From Haliotis rufescens (taxonomy: Eukaryota), in assembly GCF_023055435.1 (NCBI RefSeq), contig NW_025964001.1, forward strand, positions 20,088,001 to 20,152,000: a stretch of DNA of 64,000 bases, written 5' to 3'. Below the pieces are notes generated by a model. It was not told the origin of the DNA and ran no database searches. It saw only the letters and a list, made by a program, of their open reading frames with translations. This document shows positions 61,301 to 64,000 of the stretch, in pieces (the first letter of the stretch is position 1; every line of letters starts with the position of its first letter). The position numbers were made by a program, and so were the translations under genes.

Positions 61301-64000
61301 GCTTTATTTTCTGGTCTAGATCGTAGTGCCCCCATTGGCTATTACGAGTTATGTCCCTTCTTTGTCCCTTCTATGACCCTCCCATTGAAAATCAGATTCC
61401 ACCTCTCATATCACTTACATTTGATCAACCTGTGAGGCAACTATGCTTGTCAAAAGATTATAAACATGAAAAGATTTGGAAAATATCTGTTGATGCCGAG
61501 TTGGCAGTCCACGTGTTGCAAATCCTGCAATTGACCGAAATCTGCACTGCAGTTTACAAACGGGATATCAGTGAAAGGAAGACCAAAGACTTTGTGTCTC
61601 AACGACTAAAGTTCATTTCAAGGCCAGTTCATTGTGAGTTTATGGGATTTGCCAACCAGTTGATACATGATTTTGCCGAAATGAATGAAGACAAAATTGA
61701 ATGAGATCTTTGATGAAAGTAAGGCTAAAAAAATAATAGTCTTGGTACTCAGGCACCGCCCACATCATCATAAAGTCCGCCACTTGTTTTGTTTTCATTG
61801 CCATTTCCAAAAAAATAACTTCGTCCCATTGTGAAATAAATTCAAAGCTTATTGTATGTGTGTCTTATGCACACAGTGGTAGTCACTATTTTATCAAAAG
61901 CCATTGCCTGAGAACCAATTATTTTATTCTTTTAAGCCTAAGCCATAATTCCAGATAGTTCAGCAGCGGTGGAGACTGGACTTTTATAGTCAGTTAACAC
62001 CCTTGGCACAGGAAGTAAGTTCAGCTAATAACAGTGTGTGTGATCAGTCCACTGAAACTGATGCTTAGAGCCATGTTTGGGCTAGTAGACTCAACAGTTT
62101 TTGGCACACACTGCCACAAACCTTTTCCATCAGCCATGCTCACCTCATGTCAGATGTCTTCCGATCATTTTCTATCTTAGTGGATGTTAAACTGCTGTCA
62201 TATGGTTTATTCAGATTTATGAAATCCTTTCTTTAATAGGCCCTAAATCTACAGTTGAGACCATAGTAAATTAATTATCAGGTTTCATACCAGCCTGCCT
62301 ATTAGTATTAACATTTTTTACTCCCAATCTGTGCTGGTCATAAGAGGCGATCAAGTGGATGATCGGGTGGTAAGACTCGGTGACTGGGTTGATGGCCTGC
62401 TATCGTACACCGAATCAATCACTGGATTGTCTGGTCCAAACTTGGTTATTTACAGGCTGATATCATATAGCTGAAATACTGCTGAGTGCGCAATTAAACA
62501 ACAATGAATCATATCTGCCAAGAATTAATGTAGTCAGGTTCTTTTGACATTTTAAAAACCTATAAAAGATGCCCCACATATTTGAAAGAAATAGATACAA
62601 ATCTAATCATTTATTGTAGCCAAACTTCTCAAAATACTATTTCAACTCTGTTTGCCTTGTGTAACATTTATAGGTATTTGGGGAACCAGGTGCCACATTG
62701 CATGTTGAATCTATGAGTGAGTGAGTGAGTATGGTTTAACACGGCTTTTAGCGATATTCCAGCAATATCACGGCAGGGGACGCCAGAAATGGGCTTCACA
62801 CATTGTACCCATGTGGGGAATCGAACCTGGGTCTTCGGCGTGATGAGGGAACGCTTTAACCACTAGACGACCTCACTGCCCCTGTTGAATCTATGACTGT
62901 GATACTCTCCTCCTTCAGCTGCACCAGTACCAGTATTACAGCACAGGGCTTCTCTCCAACTATGACAAGTACCCCGAACACTTCAAGGCTATTGCAGGGC
63001 CCAGGAAGAAGATCTCCAGGGAACAGAAGAAAATGGAAAAGAAGGTTAAAGGTAAGAATATTGATAATAAATGTTATATTTCTAAATATTCAAAATATAG
63101 CTCCTCCTTACAATCGTAACTTTTATTGATATTTTGTCTATTTCTCTGCCCAGCAACGATGACTGTTGTGTAGATTTTGATTGGTCAAGATTTTTCAATT
63201 TATATTTTTTATCTTTCAAGCCAAACTAAAGAAGCTTAAGAGGGAGAAAGATCAAGAAAATGGAGATTTGGAGGTGAGTTTGATATCAGTATCACACTCT
63301 ACAAACAATGATTAAAATGGAATTTTGATGCGTTTTGTTAGAAATTTGAATATATTTATAGTCACTTCTAACTGCACTCATGCCTGCAACAGTCAGCCCC
63401 TATTGTTTCACCCCAGCAGCGTAAATCCCAGAAAAGGAAGGAAAATTCCTTACACAATATCTCCAATAATATCATTTAAGAAGCAAGTATGCATCAGGGT
63501 TTGAAATTAACAAAAAGTCTCCAAGTCTGAGACTTGATAATTCAGGAAGGACAAGTAAGATTTTCTTGTGGTCAGACACAACTGCCTTAGGAAAATGGCA
63601 ACTCTTTGGCAAGTTTTGCAGACTAATAATTCCGATGTGTCTTAAAAGTAAACCAGTGATGAGAAACAACTGTCCATGAACTCACATCGGGCTTCTGGTT
63701 ATTTGATCTGCTTGTTCATGCATATGGGTGAAATGATACAAGAATATGGTAAACTCCCTTTACAAAATGGTTTCTGACAGTTTAAAAAACAGGACATTTT
63801 GATATTTAAATCTAATTGGACAGTTTCAAGGATTTATTTGCAGGAAGGAAACAATCATTGCCACCAAGTAAAACTGTATCGTTTTGAGGGCCATGTGTAT
63901 GTTGTGTAATGCAAGAGTAGGCAACACCAGGCTAAAACTTTGCCGATCATTAGTAATAAGTGCTTATATTTTCTGTTTCAGAGTCTTGGTGAGATCGACC
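55183..64000 (+). CDS. INO80: INO80 chromatin-remodelling ATPase, N-terminal portion; gene continues beyond the window
   Basis: Exons 55183-55325, 55802-55902, 56351-56418, 57574-57705, 62919-63051, 63221-63273, 63982->64000 splice in frame. LAKPLPVQGLERSLNL, LYNFSRVKKSRKWLKNILLSDSSS, EELQSMLKFHK, LHQYQYYSTGLLS and KAKLKK match the metazoan INO80 N-terminus. Confidence 0.93.
55802..55902 (+). CDS. INO80: INO80 coding exon 2
   Basis: DGTDTDAETDILKPCIKDGEGNKILNGITITKD; phase 2 to 1 fits neighbouring exons. Confidence 0.82.
56351..56418 (+). CDS. INO80: INO80 coding exon 3
   Basis: RRADKTRLYNFSRVKKSRKWLK; gtaagt donor. Confidence 0.93.
57574..57705 (+). CDS. INO80: INO80 coding exon 4
   Basis: NILLSDSSSDEDDDRTISQEELQSMLKFHKFQKKHQ. 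Confidence 0.93.
58115..58468. mobile_element. Same MITE family, degenerate copy 3
   Basis: Diverged TIRs and interior homologous to 23613-23946. Confidence 0.8.
58603..59923. mobile_element. TA-target MITE hosting a nested tandem-repeat element
   Basis: TA-CAGTC..TTATACGGAC and GTCCGTATAA..GACTG-TA termini. Confidence 0.7.
58872..59490 (+). repeat. 156-bp tandem array (about 3.5 units) within a HINE/pearl-type (Helentron-associated) element
   Basis: GATATCTCAAG recurs at 58921, 59077, 59233 and 59389; CCGT microsatellite upstream; GCGGGGGA, hairpin GTCAC-TTCT-GTGAC and CTTGTT end downstream. Confidence 0.85.
62717..62882 (-). mobile_element. tRNA-derived SINE (family A)
   Basis: Reverse copy with 14-bp TSD TGTTGAATCTATGA at 62703-62716 and 62883-62896. 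Confidence 0.9.
62919..63051 (+). CDS. INO80: INO80 coding exon 5
   Basis: LHQYQYYSTGLLSNYDKYPEH..GPRKK; gtaaga donor. Confidence 0.93.
63221..63273 (+). CDS. INO80: INO80 coding exon 6
   Basis: (A)KLKKLKREKDQENGDLE; gtgagt donor. Confidence 0.88.
63982..64000 (+). CDS. INO80: INO80 coding exon 7 (partial, cut by window edge)
   Basis: ttttctgtttcag acceptor followed by an open phase-0 frame SLGEID. Confidence 0.6.

Overview
Eukaryotic, AT-rich, intron- and repeat-rich animal DNA. The SINE, MITE and HINE repertoire suggests a mollusc, possibly an abalone-like gastropod (inference). Three conserved spliced genes can be reconstructed exon by exon: kanadaptin/SLC4A1AP (+, 13 coding exons, 18956-33285), an SRSF4/5/6 (B52-type) SR splicing factor (-, 7 coding exons, 36016-42018) and the 5' part of INO80 (+, from 55183, running off the window). 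The first ~18 kb is an accessory region with a tandemly duplicated Tc1 element, mariner relics, nested LINEs, and an intact two-exon orphan gene facing a degenerate inverted paralog in which a 21-bp minisatellite has expanded. The most interesting signals are a 529-nt candidate poison exon in the SWQ/DLKD intron of the SR gene, carrying structured blocks I recall from vertebrate SRSF5; an overlapping uORF on the INO80 start; a SINE-like family with no tRNA head and a uniform 5' end; and the orphan gene pair. Most short ORFs in the supplied track are spurious.
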